Origin: Lama guanicoe
Taxonomy: Eukaryota
NCBI GenBank assembly: GCA_013239625.1
Contig: MU054391.1
Location: forward strand, 4,547,824 to 4,611,823
DNA: 64,000 nt
Direction of reading: 5' to 3'
Positions 50,510 through 63,640 of this stretch are shown here, piece after piece. Under the pieces are notes generated by a model. That model saw nothing but the letters and a program-made list of their open reading frames with translations. It did no database searches and was not told the origin of the DNA. The position numbers and the translations under genes are program-made. Each line of letters begins with the position of its first letter. Position 1 is the first letter of the stretch.

Positions 50510-51040
50510 TTTTATTAAATATTAATAGACTATAGAAGACAAAGATTGTCAAACTGAATTTACAAAACTATAAGTGTGTGTATAAGTAAAATATATATAA
50601 GTATATGTGTACATATGTATATATACTACCTACCAGAGACATCCTTTAAATATAAGGATACACAAGTTTAAAAGTAAACAGATGGAAAAAATAAACAGGC
50701 TGCAAACACTAATAAAAAGGAAGCTGCTCTGATGGGATACTAAAAACAGCAGAGATAAAGGGGTGTATTTCCCTGGGATAACAGGATCAATTCAAAAAGA
50801 AGCTACAACAACCCTGAATTTGAACACGCCTAACAGTATAACTTCAAAATATATTAATTTAAAAAATTCACAGAGCTGAAAGCAAAGCAAATCAAGTCAC
50901 ACAGCTCTTCAGTAACGGAAAGAACGGTCATGAATAGCAGTAGAGACCCTGAAAATTTGAACAATGCAAACAACAAATTATCTAATTAGCATATGTAGAC
51001 TCCTACACTCGACAGCTGAAACACACATTCTGGGGCACTT
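50510..51040 (+). mobile_element. Old L1 endonuclease-region fragment
   Basis: 'tttaaatataaggatacacaagtttaaaagtaaacagatggaaaaaata...tgcaaacactaataaaaagg'. Confidence 0.7.
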
Positions 51041-51859
51041 GCTCCAGGGCCAGTTAAGTCTGGCTACCGGGGCCCGACACATGCGGGGTCTCTGCTGAGC
51101 ACCCCAGACACCGAGGGAGGACAGTCCGCTCCGGCTGGTTGGAACCTGAACTTCTCCTTGTCCCATGTGCGCACTAGGAGTCATTCATCTTACATCTCCC
51201 CGGTCCTTCTTGCCTGGAATCGTGGAATTTCACATTCTGGGTATTTGGTTTGGTAACCAGCGAGAGAACCGAGGGAGGGCAATGTGAATCCCTGGCCGGC
51301 TCCCCTGTGCAGCCGCTGCCCGTCTGGCACTGTGTCCCCCCAACCCCAGCGCCTCCACCTCCCTGAGCCTGGACCTCTGCCTGGAAGCCCCCTCACACCA
51401 TCTAGAAAGCGCCACTAGGCGGAGATCCAGGGATACTGGTTCACCTCGCTTCTTTCCATTTTCTGTAGTTCGTTCTCTGACGTTTGCAGCGTTGCTCCGT
51501 GTATTTGATCCAGTTTTCTGTTTGTTTCCTCAGTTACCCCATCATGACTGTCAGGTTGTTTTTTTTTAATTTCTTAAAAAAAATGTTACTGGTCATTGAC
51601 ATGGCTGGACTCACTGAACTAGCTTGATGGAAGTGTTCTCCATCAAATTTCTGCCAAATTTCACCATTCGGGTACTGGCCATCTTTTGTATCGTTACGAA
51701 TGTATTTCATCTTTGGGGCGACATACGTGGATCAACTTACACACAAGGACACAGTTCATGAAGGGCAGGGATCTTAGTGTGGCAGTGGTTGAATTTAGAC
51801 CCAAAAGGCAACTTAAGAGGTCAGCCTCTCTAAAGGTGGAGTGAGAACTAACAAGTTGT

Positions 51860-52205
51860 CCATCAAATCTGTTTTGTCTTCTTCTTGGCACAAAACGAGA
51901 ACGCGGTTACCAGCCTCGCGTGCAATTAGGTGTGGCCGTGTAACTGAGTGCCGGCCAGGGAAATATAAACAGACACGATACGTGCCTGTCAGAAAGCAGT
52001 TCCCACGTAATCTTCAGCTCTTGTCTCATCCACCAACTCAAAGACAAGGGACAGGGTTATAGTGCGGAAAGATCCTTGATCTTTGAAAGAGCATGTGGGA
52101 GTCCAACGAGCAACAAACCGCCCCCCCCCCCAGTCTGCCTCGACACAAGCAGGACCCCTTTGCCGTGCTGAGCCCCTGGGACTTAGGGCGTTTGCCTTAG
52201 CAGAT
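51860..52205 (+). mobile_element. MaLR LTR (MLT1I/J-like) remnant
   Basis: 'ccagcctcgcgtgcaattaggtgtggccgtgtaactgagt', 'tgctgagcccctgggacttagggcgtttg'. Confidence 0.6.
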
Positions 52206-54679
52206 GCAGAAGCTGAAACTGGCGCCCAGGAAGAGGAAATGGCAGAGCTCGCCAGTCCAGTGTTTTCTTCATACCAGGGTCACTTTCATGCTGGTTCTGC
52301 AGACAGAGCCAAGTGCCTCCCGCGCTACCGAGGCACTTCAGTACCTACGACAGTGCCTTTGTAATGTGGCTTTTGGGTTTCTGTCCAGTGTTAGCCACTA
52401 GAACATGATGAAGGGGAAAGGCCCCACCCCGTTTTCCCGGTGCCCTAAAACAGCACCGGCGAACAGTAAAGGTTCACGAGGCACCTGCCCTGGGCGGGTC
52501 CAGCCCGGCTCACGAAAGGAAAAGAGACCTTCAACAGAAAACTGACGAGGGAGTAGATTCGTGGCTTCCTTACTCTTAGCTACTTGCCAAATGATTTTGT
52601 AAAGAAGGGTAAATTAGGAGGCTAAGAGAAAAATCAAGCACTCCTTCATTTTAAAGATTTAAATAACCATAGAAGATACTTGAAAACAGGCCGTCGGAAT
52701 TAGCTCCTTAAAACTAAAACACCAAGATAAAAATTGCCTCAAAGGCTCTGGCTTTTCTTGACTGTTTCTACTCTTGTCTCTTCTAGGCAAAAAAATATAT
52801 ATATATATCAACATCTCATATGAAAAACGGTTTCTTCTTCTTAGACCCCCTCTCACTTCCAGTGTCAGCTGAAGACCTCGGCCACATAATCTAGCTTCTG
52901 GGCCAATTATTAATGTATTGCCTTTCAGCTCCAAATCTACCTTTCACTGAACGGCTTTGTGACCCTCTAAGACTCAGCGTTCCCACCTGAATGTTAAGAG
53001 CTGCTATCAATACTTGCTTCCTCTCTGTCTAAGGACAACTTCCCATCACATGCAGTGGGCGCTAGAATCCCTTCCACAGAGTTAACAGACCGCCCCTGCG
53101 TCAATCAGTGCCATCATCCCGAGGATGTGGGACGACTTCATACCAGTCCCTCCATCACGAGGAGGGTTTCACCCTGAAAACGTGTCAGTCCCTGATGACA
53201 CACAATCGTATGGAAATAGGAAGTGGGCAAGAATTTCTCATCTCTCCAGCCAAGTCAGCTGTTTTCGATGCTCTTCTGTTTCTGCACCTGCTCCCAACGC
53301 TGTAAGTCATGTGGAAAGTCCACCCGCTGCCCGGTTCCAATGGGAAGAATGAGAGGAAGGAAGGAAACGCTTCTTCAGGCCCATCTGACAGGTGTGGGGT
53401 CCAGCGAGCGTGGGACGCCTCTCCCTGCCTCCTCTTTTACTGAAATGACCCCTCCGGTCCTCTGGTGAAGAGGTGCAGCTGGTGTGGCGGGATCATGTCC
53501 GGGTTATTTACACGCCCGCAGCGCTCAAGGCTGGGATGTGGCCATGGGCATGAAGTTAATCGACTGAACTCTAACAAGGCTGGCGGAACACTTTCCCCAG
53601 ATTAGATGTTTTCACTGAGGAGAAGTGCAGGTGCGTGGCTTCCTGTGCGGAGATGCCCGGCCCCCTGCGGATGACGCAGGGGCACGAGTCGGGCCACCTG
53701 ACCCGGTGCATGTGCCCTGGAGCTCTGCGGGAGGTCTCTGAGCACTTGCAGATCAGGCCGGGCTGCGCGTCCCTGGGGCTCCGGCCGGTCGCAGGCTCCC
53801 CTCCCGGACCGGAGCCTCGCAGACCCCACAGAGACAGCAGGTGTGGGGCAGGAGGGGTGGTGAAATGGTCTCTATTGTTTTCATAACAATCCCTTCCCGT
53901 TCTCTGTGCTGCAGTCTTCAGTCCATTAAATGTAATTTCCTGGCATCACCCAAGCTTGAAAGGCCAGATCAAAAGTCCTGAGTGTCCCAGCTGTGCGGGC
54001 CTTGCTCAGACTGAACAGTAACCACAGTCCTTGCAAATGATTGATTGGACTTGAGACCTGGGGTGGGAGGTGGGGGGCTGTATGCTTCCTCTCGGTGGGA
54101 TCGGCTTCATTGTTCCCCCTGCACCGCAGTTGTGAGAACATTTCCTTAATGCACTCATCTCCCTACAAGACACGTCTGCCCTTGGGTGTCACCCCGCCAG
54201 GTGCTCGCATGGGGAGAGGCCTTGCAGAGCTGGAAGGGGAACCCTTGTTCTCAGACTGAGATGTGCAGCAAGTCCCTTTGACTTGTCATGGATGGAGACC
54301 ACGTGGAAGGGGTTTGAAATCACGTTTTAGGGAAACACAATGGCCCAGCGAGCTGAATTCTGTGCTAATGATCACATCTCAAGATTGCTGTAAAGCACCT
54401 GCAAAGACCCAGGGTGCTGGGAGTGCAGGATTTGATGAGTGAAGAACAGCAGTGGCTGTGAGCAGGGGCGAAGACGGCAGAAGTGATGGGGGTAAGGTGA
54501 GCCCTGAGCCGGGGACCAGCTTTGAGCGATGACACTGAGCGAAGATGAACCACAGTGGCCTCCAGCTTCTTTACTGTTCATGCTGGCGCTGACGACATTC
54601 ATCATCAGATGTTCCTAAACCCGTAAAGACAAAGACGTGGCGGAGGGAACGCGCACTGAACCGCGAGCCAGAAGCCTGG

Positions 54680-54810
54680 AGCCCTGCTCCTGCTCTTTGC
54701 TCAGCTGCTCAGGGCATCTCACCCTTCTTGGCGTCTGCTTCCTCATCTGTGAAAACTGGGAATCATAATTCTGACCTCCCACCTCCAAGGGGTGTAGGGA
54801 GAACCTAAAG
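54680..54810 (+). mobile_element. MIR fragment
   Basis: 'tctgcttcctcatctgtgaaaactgggaatcataattctgacctccc'. Confidence 0.75.
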
Positions 54811-55179
54811 AGATCAGGCAAAACACAAAAAGGGAAAAAAAAAACTTCCAGAAAGGTAACACACTAGGCAAATGGAGGGGTTGGTTTTTAACAATTAAAC
54901 ACAATGACCAAAAAGTGAAATGGATCATCTTGGCAAAACCTGAATTAGCTCAAGAGTCAGAGCTCTTCGCCCACTGGGTCCTGGGTCATCATTTTCCCTG
55001 GTGTTTCACGACAGCCGTCCCAGGAAGACCACCCCATAAACAGCACGAGCATCCGTCTTCCCATTTCAGTCTCCATCCTGGCTCTTCTGTAACAATTAAG
55101 TTTGGTCAAAACAAGAAATACCCACATTTCTTTTCTAAAAAATATCAACTGTTTCTTTACTAGTAAAGAACAATTAGAG

Positions 55180-55662
55180 AGTGAAGTGAAAAGTGCCATT
55201 TACACCAGCATCAAAAAATTTTAAAGGCTCAGGGTAAGCCTGACAAAAGACATATGAGACCCGTATATTCTGAACTAAAAAAAAAAAAATGCTGAGAGAA
55301 GTTAAAGGAGATCCAGAAAAATGAAGAGATACATACCGTTCTCAGGTCAGAGGCTCTAATACTGAGAAGTGTCGGTTGTTTAAGTCAGTTCAATGCTACT
55401 GAAAGTCCAATGGGCAATGACTTTTAGAAATGTACAGGTTGGTTTTAAAATTCATATGGAAACCAAAAAAGGCCTAAAATAGTCAAAACAACAGGAAAAG
55501 AACATATTTGGAGGATTAACACTACCTAGTTTCAAGACTGGTAAGGCTAAAGTAACCGAAACAGTGTCACATTAACCTATTATTCAAAGAGATCAGTGGA
55601 AAAAGACAGAGGATGCAGAAAGAGACCTGCAGATACATGGACAGCTCAGTTTTGACAAAGGG
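55180..55662 (+). mobile_element. L1 ORF2 fragment
   Basis: 'gccatttacaccagcatcaaaaa', 'taaaattcatatggaaacc', 'ttggaggattaacactacctagtttcaagact', 'tttgacaaagg'. Confidence 0.8.
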
Positions 55663-56074
55663 AAACACCTGCATTCCGATGCGGGTTTCTAGAAGCCGCT
55701 ACTTTCTGCAGAACCCATAGGAATGGGGTTATGATATTAGAATGACGTCCAGCAGGGTTGATATTTTGGATGAATGAACTGCTCCGTGTCTATTCAAATC
55801 ATCAGCCCCCGACTCCGCCCATAAGACAGCTCTGACTATAACCTCATGTCAAAGAAACCTACAGTTTTGCTGCTGAAACCAAAACTACCATCATTGAAAC
55901 TCTTTCCTAAAAAGATTCTTCTGGAAGCAAGGAGTCTGGAATAAACGGCAAAACCGTCGACAGCAAAAGAAGAGAAGATGCCAAGTTTTCTTTTGAAACC
56001 CAGGATACCAAAGCTTTGGAACGTCCAGATCAAAATTCAGTGTGTGATTACGGGCAGACCGTATGACCTCGTCT

Positions 56075-56615
56075 TTAACTTTCCTCATTCATGTGGCCCT
56101 TAGTGTCTCAGTAATTTTTCAGTGTCCATGTGCCAGAAGAAATACAGAATAGTTCCGCTTACTAAGTAATTATGTGATAAGCATTTATGTCCTAGGAAGT
56201 GAGTAGCCATTTAAAAAAATAATACGTGAATTGAAAGAAAAAAATAACATTTGTTTTTCATTCTAAAATAGCAGCTTACTAGTGGGTGTGTGCATCCGTT
56301 GGGTTCCGCACAGCATCTCAGTCCTGGGACTCAGAGTGGTCATGACCACCCTCATGCCCTGTTTCCTACTGATTTTCAGGCAATAGTTGCTTTTATTCTT
56401 AGCAACCTTCAAAACCCAGCTTGTCGGCAAGGATGTGTCACTAAAAGGAACGTGGCATGACCCCAAGTGGAAACTGAACTCTCTCAGGCCACTAGTTCAC
56501 ACACTGTCTGACAGACACAGAGCATCATTATCTTTCTTTAGAAAACTGAACATTTTAAATATCCTACAGAGCCTGTGTGGGGTCACTGTGGCACCTTGAG
56601 GGGTTTCAGAGCTCA
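56075..56615 (-). mobile_element. hAT-Charlie DNA transposon remnant (Charlie4-like)
   Basis: 'ccttagtgtctcagtaattttt', 'ccaccctcatgccctgtttcc...gattttca', 'aaaacccagctt', 'ttttaaatatcc'. Confidence 0.75.
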
Positions 56616-56629
56616 GAGAGGGACTCACA

Positions 56630-56760
56630 GGACTAGTGAAAGGTCCAGAGTTCATGTCCTGACTCAGCCCCCAACATGCTGTGCAACCTTAGGGCAAGTG
56701 GTCAACTTCTCTGAGCTTCAGTTCTCAATTTCTAAAAAGCAGGTGAGAATCTCTAAAATC
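56630..56760 (+). mobile_element. MIR SINE
   Basis: 'gctgtgcaaccttagggcaagtggtcaacttctctgagcttcagtt'. Confidence 0.75.
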
Positions 56761-58312
56761 ACAACTTACTTAGAACTCACTCCTATAAAGAGCAAGCCCA
56801 AAGTGATTCAGCACATTTGCAAAAGGGTACAGAGAAAGGGGGACATCAAACTATGCCCTCGTTCTTAGAAATCAATCCACAGATCTCAGTGGAAACAGAG
56901 GACGTGTGCTGTGGCTGCGGGAACTCTGATCCAGATCTGGGACGGGGTCCTATACGTGTGTATTTTTTTTTTATTGAAGTTCCTGCAGGTGATTCTGTTG
57001 CCTGGATTAATTTTTTAAATGATATCCTACTGACAACCCAGCAAAGTGGAGAGCCTCATGCTCCAAAGCACAAAGTCAACACAAAATATTTGAGCCTGTT
57101 AGCATCTATCTCATTATTCGCTTTTAATGATACGCCATCACATTCTCTCCTCCCTTTTAATGTGGTCACATCCTTCAAGCGGGTTCGAGTCCCAGTTTCT
57201 CGTCAGGCCGTGATGCCTCGCCCTGTCATCACAGAGCTCATGAAGTCACCCGGTCGTGGTCGGCACCAGCCTCCAGCTGTCCCTTGGCAAAAGATAAACA
57301 TATGCTTTCATTTTCATAACTGTTTTTTTTTTCTCAAGGCTTCTCCAGATACCAGCATCTTCTTTGACACTTTGACCTCTGTGACACACAAGTTCAGGGT
57401 CAAGATTCCAGAAGATAACGAGGAAAGGGCAACCAGATGCTCTGTGCTGGCCTTGCTCTTCCTGCTGATTAGTGCAAAAAGGAACACAAAATTCTCATGC
57501 AGAGAAACTGTTCCTTTCTCACTGAACTCAGCTAGACGTCTGTGACGTCTGGGACATCCACAGAGTCAAAGTTTGGCTTCATCACAAGGTGCTTCCTCCC
57601 CAGTGAGGGCCAGGAGCTGGTTACTAAGTTCAGTGTTTAGGTTTGAGAGAATTTTTTGTTGGCTTGCTGGTTACACAAGAGCCATGATCCATGAAATGGA
57701 GCAGATTTCTCATGGGCCCAGTTCTCCATGCTTGCAAACATTTAAGATTGCACTTGGGTTGCATAAAAGATTTATAAATGGTCTCACCCACAAAGATAAA
57801 TTTTATCCCACACAGGATAGAAAGACCTAGAAACAGGAGCAGGGAACAGCTGAATGTGAGCACAGAGTCATAAATTCATAGCACTTACAGCTTTTTAACA
57901 ACCCCATCATAAATGGGACTGATTTCAGTTTAATTTATGGGATTTTGCAGCCGGGTCCGGGAATGTTCTTTGAAAACTAAAAATTTAGGAACGATGTATA
58001 GTTCAGATTTCCATGGAAATGTCGAGTAACCAACAAGAGGAAGGATGAGCAGTCTGCGGCTGAAGGTGAAATCCTTAAAACCATCACAGGGAAACACAGG
58101 GTCCAAAAGGCTCACAGTGCCAATGTCAGCGGCACACAGAGCAGTGGGTTTCTAGGGAGACCATCCAGTGGGGCTGGAAAAGTCTTATTCTTGTAAAACA
58201 GACAAATCTAGATTCAGGGTCGTCCCCAGCTCCCTGATTAGCTAGTAAGTCACTCTTTCCTAGCTAAGTCCCTTAGCCAGGGATTTAAATCCTTCAAACC
58301 TCGTTTCTCTGT

Positions 58313-58812
58313 GTCCTTTATTTATTTACTTTTGGTATTCCTTTTTTATTATTTTTAATTGAAATATAGTTGATTTACAATGATTCAGGTGCATAGCAAA
58401 GTGATCAGTTATACAGATACATGTGCATTTTCTTTTTCAGACTCTTTTTCATGACAGGTTATTACAAGACATTGAACATAGCTCCCTGCGCTCCTCAGTA
58501 GGTCTTTGTTATCTATTTTATATACATAGTAGCATGTATCTGCTAATCCCAAATTCCAAATGTATCCCTCCCCTCTTTCCCCTTTGGTAACCGTAAGTTT
58601 GTTTTCTATGTCTGTGAGTCTGTTTCTCTTTTGTAAATAAGTTCATTTGTATCATTTTTTTTATTCCACATGCAAGTGATGTAATATGATATTTGGTATT
58701 TATCTTTGTCTAATTTATTTCACTTAGTATGATATTCCTAGGTCCATCCATGTTGCTGCAAAAAAGCATCATTTCATTCTTTTATGGCTGAGTAGTATTC
58801 CGTGGTGTGTAT

Positions 58813-58846
<34 letters not shown>

Positions 58847-58889
58847 GTACCATAACTTCCATTTATCTGTCAGTGGGTGTTTAGATTGT
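58313..58889 (-). mobile_element. 5'-truncated artiodactyl-type L1 with intact TSD, inserted in a MIR
   Basis: 13-bp TSD ctcgtttctctgt at 58300-58312 and 58890-58902; L1 3' sequence 'ttgaaatatagttgatttacaat...aggtccatccatgttgctgcaaa'; internal (CA)n near 58813-58837. Confidence 0.92.
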
Positions 58890-58929
58890 CTCGTTTCTCT
58901 GTTTTAAATAAGGTACTAATGGAACCTTC

Positions 58930-59130
58930 ATGGTGCACTTAGCACTGTGCTAAATGTTCACATATATTATCTCATCTTACCTTCACTACAACTTCATGAT
59001 GCTTTTTTAAATCCCATTTGACGCATGAGAAAACTTAGAGGCACAGAAATTAGTCCCTTTCCTAGAATTTACAGCTAATAAATGGGATGAGATTGGTATG
59101 CAGGCTGTATGACTCCGAAGTTCTCTGGAT
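58930..59130 (-). mobile_element. MIR SINE
   Basis: 'gcactgtgctaaatgttcacatatattatctcat...cccatttgacgcatgagaaaacttagaggcacagaa'. Confidence 0.75.
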
Positions 59131-59559
59131 CATTATCCTAAAGTCCTTCACGATACACTGCGAGTAACTGAACCCCTTCAGAAAGAGATGCGCTAATGTG
59201 TAAGGTGTCCAGGACACTGCTTCCTAGGTCCCTTTTCTGAGATAAAGTGATATCTCACCCATGATCACTTTCAGTAAGTCACCACATTGGCCTGAGTTTA
59301 GATGACAGAATCTGTCAAACTGCTGCCCACTGGTCCACCTAAGATTTCTCCTTCTGCTCAACAAGGCGCAACCCCATTCCAACGTGGGAATCAGAGTGTG
59401 ATGAACTTTGTCCCAAGCAACGTCAACACAGCCTTGTCAGTCCAGGACTCTTAGGGTCACACTGATTTTTAGCTTTTCAGTGAAGGTACATCTCATCTTC
59501 AAAGAAGAGTCTGTGTCTCTTCTGGGGACCCCCAACTATATTCAGTTATCACTTAGACG

Positions 59560-60000
59560 AGGAGCACACACACGTCGTCGAGCCGCCAGTTGGTGTCAGG
59601 TACAGGGCAGAGGAGCAGGGTGGACATCACCCAGCTGCTGCCCTTAGACTTTCCAGTTCAGGTGACAGGCAAGGAGCAGGTGGCAGGATCTTGTGCAAAG
59701 TGCTCTTCAGGGGAGCTAGGCTCAGGGAATGCTTCCTGAAAGATGCAACCTCAGAGCTGCACAAAACCTGGGAAGATGCCCAGAAGAAAGTTCAAGAGAG
59801 CCACCCAGGAAGGCCTGGCGTTCATGCCAGACTGGCCATCAAGGCAGCAGGACACAGGCTGAGCTCTGAGCTGAGCTCAGCGGGGTGGGGGGGTGGGGGG
59901 GCAGGGGGGAGCTCCGAGGAGGGGAGGGCAGCGAGCGGTCAATGTCACAGTCCCAGCACAGGCAGGGATGCATCGGACACTGAGAGCAGGAATGGGAAGG
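59560..60000 (-). mobile_element. L2 remnant
   Basis: 'gctcagggaatgcttcctgaaagatgcaacctcagagctg'. Confidence 0.55.
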
Positions 60001-61485
60001 GAAACAGACAGACATCACCGATACCAAATGTCTTACCAAGATAAGGGTTCATTCATTCACGCAGTAAACAAACTCTACCAAATGCCATTCGGTGTGTGTT
60101 AACACATCTGGAGTCTTTACCATCAGCCCCGGAAATAGAGAAGACTCAGCACAGAATGACTGCACGGCTCTCTGTTCTGGATACAGCCCAGGTAAAGCTG
60201 AACAGAAAGACTTGAGAATGAATCAGAAAAACGATGTTCTTATAAAACTTATGGTATTAAATTTGATTTGCCGGAAAAGTTAAAAACTTCCAATGGTATT
60301 TGCTTCCCATTCCCCAAAACGCAGCCCATAAGGAGTAAACCTTCTGTATCCTAAAAACGATTTTGCAGATAGTGCTTTGTGTAAGTGATTAATATGCATG
60401 ATGTATATTTCCATAGGCACAAAGCAAATTTCCGTCAAGTAAGAAGTATTTGGTATCTCAGGGAAGAAAGGCAAAGAATAATAACTTTTCTTTCCTCTGA
60501 GTCCAGCAGTTAATTCCCACACTGGCCATTTTTTTTTTTTTTGATAACGTTTGGATGCACCACGGGATCTTAGGAAGTTCTCATTTAGTTTTGAACCCTC
60601 TTAAGTTATAATTTTCTTTCTAGCTCAGATGAATCTTTTATCTGTTGTACCCTTAATACCCCTGCTAATCTCAGTACAGAAAAGCTTCATAATTGGAAAA
60701 GGAGAAGTTTAACAAGACATGAAGGATTGTTTGCACAATCAGAACATCTAATGGAGCTATGGAATTCTAAACCATGCTTGCTTGTGGGGAGATAATTTTT
60801 CCTTCATTTCTTATTTTATCAGAAAATTAACCTTCATTTAAAACACTGTGGTCTGAAACACGTTTATAGCTACATTCTCTCCACTGTCACAAGAATTTGA
60901 ATTTTAAATTTGCCATCTCAGTCTCTGAAAAATGAAAAACTGCATATGCTTCCAGGACCAGGTGTTTGTGATCAAAAGCAGACACCAGAAAGTGACCCGT
61001 GTCCAAAGCACTGCACTCCCAGCAAGGGGACGATGTAAGCAAGTGTCTTATTATTTTTCAACCTTTGGTGAAACTTTGCATGGCAATCTTTCTGTCTGAA
61101 AATCTAAGAGCCCCACAGATATTTCATTTAATTGTCTGAACATTGAAAGCTTTTATTAAGCATCTCTCTGCCTGGAGAGCTCAGCTTGGCCCGACGCAAG
61201 CCAGACTTGAATCCTGGGATGGTGACGCAGAGTTGGCCGTGGTACAAGCGAAGTCGGGTCATACATTTGACAAACAGGGGTGAGCACTAACCACTCATGA
61301 CACGTGTGTAACCAGAGTGAGCCCAAGTTCATGCGGGGTCACCTTGTCTTGTAAAAGCCTGATAAAATAATGCAAGCGTCAGGCTCCCCAACTGCTGTTA
61401 TTTCTTCCAGTAATTCCAAAATATTGCTGAAGATTCTGAGAGAGGGCGAGAGATGGAAGGGGACCCACTGTGATGTCTGACCATC

Positions 61486-61914
61486 TATTACAGGCTGCAC
61501 TGTGTTCCCCAAAAGAGACCCGGCAAGTCCTAACCCCTGGCACTTGCGAATGCAACCTTACTTGGAAAGAGGGTTTTTGCAGATGATTCAAGTTGAAATG
61601 AGGTCATCAGTGTGGACCTTAATCCCACATGACAGGTGCCCTTAAAAGAAGAGGGAAATTCGGACCCAGACACACCGGGGAAGTGCCATGTGAGGACAGA
61701 GGCAGAGGCTGGAATGATGCTAATGCAGCATTAATGGTCACACCAGAGGCTGGAAGAGGCAGGGCGGGGTCTTCCTACAGGTTTCAGCGGGAGCGTGACC
61801 CCATCAACACCTTGATTTCAGGTCTCATCTCCAGAATCATAAAAGAATAAATTTCTGTTGCTTTAAGCCACCTATGTTGGGGTGCTTGTAAAGGCAGCCC
61901 CAGGAAACAACATA
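61486..61914 (+). mobile_element. MaLR solo LTR (MLT1B/C-like), full length
   Basis: 5-bp TSD CCATC at 61481-61485 and 61915-61919; 'gtcctaacccctgg...ttacttggaaagagggtttttgcagatg', 'aataaatttctgttgctttaagccacc'. Confidence 0.9.
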
Positions 61915-62419
61915 CCATCTCAGCTACATCTTTATACTCTGCTCTAGAGGCAGACGCGGATCAGGGCTTTAACGCGCCAGAACACTTCGAACCCAGCGCT
62001 GTCGTGTGGAACAGACTTTACCGAAGGTCTGGGCCTAAGAGGGGAAATGACCGCTCAGAACCAGAAAGAGCATCAGATGTGTCCGCCAACAAAGCTTGCG
62101 ACCCGCATAACCAGGGGAAAGCCTGGCGCCCTCCCGGGCTGTGACCCTGCTGCAGCGCCGGCTCCTCCTCCAGGGGGCTCCTCCCACCGCCTTGCCCAGC
62201 GGAAACTCCCGCTTCCACGATGTGCCTGCAAGACCCTAAGCATTTTATAGCAGAAAGACGTCCCGGCCGCAAGGAGGCACCCTGAGTCCTTTCTGTGCAA
62301 AATACTTAAACCCCCGGGGTCCCAACCTCCCAGCACTGGCCTCTCCCCACAACCACGATCCGATCAAATGAACGGAAGTTCCTTCCCATCTTTTCCTAAA
62401 CCGGCAGAGACTCGGAAAG

Positions 62420-62580
62420 TGTTTACGAATCAGATGGGAAGAATCACCTGTGATGCTTGCTAGAACTAGATTCCTCAGCTCTGCCCCGGGCCTGCTGAAT
62501 TGCAGCTTCTGTAGGGGACGTTTAGGGACCTGCATTTAAAAAAGGAACCTGGTGAATCTACAGCCACCATTTTAAAGCCA
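62420..62580. mobile_element. hAT-Charlie MITE (MER5A-like)
   Basis: 'gaatcacctgtgatgcttgctagaac...ctgctgaattgcagcttct...acctgcatttaaaaa...ctggtgaatct'. Confidence 0.7.
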
Positions 62581-63219
62581 TCGCCACAAACTGCAGCCAC
62601 CTTGAAGACATAAAAACAGCGTGAATAATTGGAGAAACGAATAAAAACTTCTGCACTGTCCCCTCGAGCAAAGTCAGAGTCCACTACCTTTCCACGTGCA
62701 GTGACTGTCTCATGCCCTCCCCGCTTTCGTTCCCCAGCATGCGTGACCCTCTCCGTGCACCCTCCCAGCTCCTCACCCCGTGGGGCCTTCCGCCCCTTTC
62801 CTGCTGAACTTGACCTTTGATGCCACTTCTCAGAGGAGACTGCAGGGGCTCCCATTAGAAGCAGCCCCTGCTCCTCTCCACTCCAGAGGACCTCCCTGGC
62901 TCTCGTGGACATCGACCTACACTGATATGTGCAGATGGTGGACCCCCTGTGTCCAGAGGTCCCCCTCTCTCTGGCCTCCCTGTGCCCCAGTATCTACTGA
63001 CACTTGGTAAGATCACCAACACGTATTTCCTAAGTTCGCTTAATGAAATGATTCAAATCAAGTGATTTGATCTTACTAGAGTTTAACTCAAAACAACTCT
63101 CATTCCTCAGCCGATGTACCTGCCCTGTCATATGTGGAAACATACAGATGGTGTTCTGTGCTGTCCCCGCCTGCTCATCCCTCTCTCCTGTCCCTTCACC
63201 CCAGGTGGGAGGGAGTCAC

Positions 63220-63640
63220 CCATCCATTCCACAGACACCCACTGAATTCCTGCTTTGTTTCCGGTGACGGACACCCATCACTCAGGGCCCCATTGCTGGC
63301 AAGGTCATAGACTTTCAGAGAAGCCAGAAGTAAACCAACCAGTGATGCGGGATAAGGATGAAGCCGTTCTGTCGGAGTCCAGGGGAGGGAACGGTGTACT
63401 CAGCACGGCCCAGCCACGAAGGACATCACAGGGCTGGTATGAACTTAACCTTGATGCCACAAGCTGTAGAAACTGACAGCCACGTGATTGAAATTACTCC
63501 AGGCGCTACGTGGCGATTAAACCACCGGCTGTGTTTGCTTAAGGGGGTTTTGCAGACTTTCTGAGACTGTTTCCTCGTCTGTGATACGGATGTAATAGGA
63601 GGTTTTGAAGCAAAATGGTGTACGTTGAAGTCCTCAGCAA
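63220..63640 (-). mobile_element. L2 remnant
   Basis: 'catccattccacagacacccactgaattcctgctttg', 'ggaggttttgaagcaaaatggtg'. Confidence 0.55.

Noticed and set aside
56817..57545. 242-aa ORF, the longest in the window
   Set aside because: Non-ATG start, runs through a MER5-like fragment and T-runs, no domain or codon-bias signal I can recognise.
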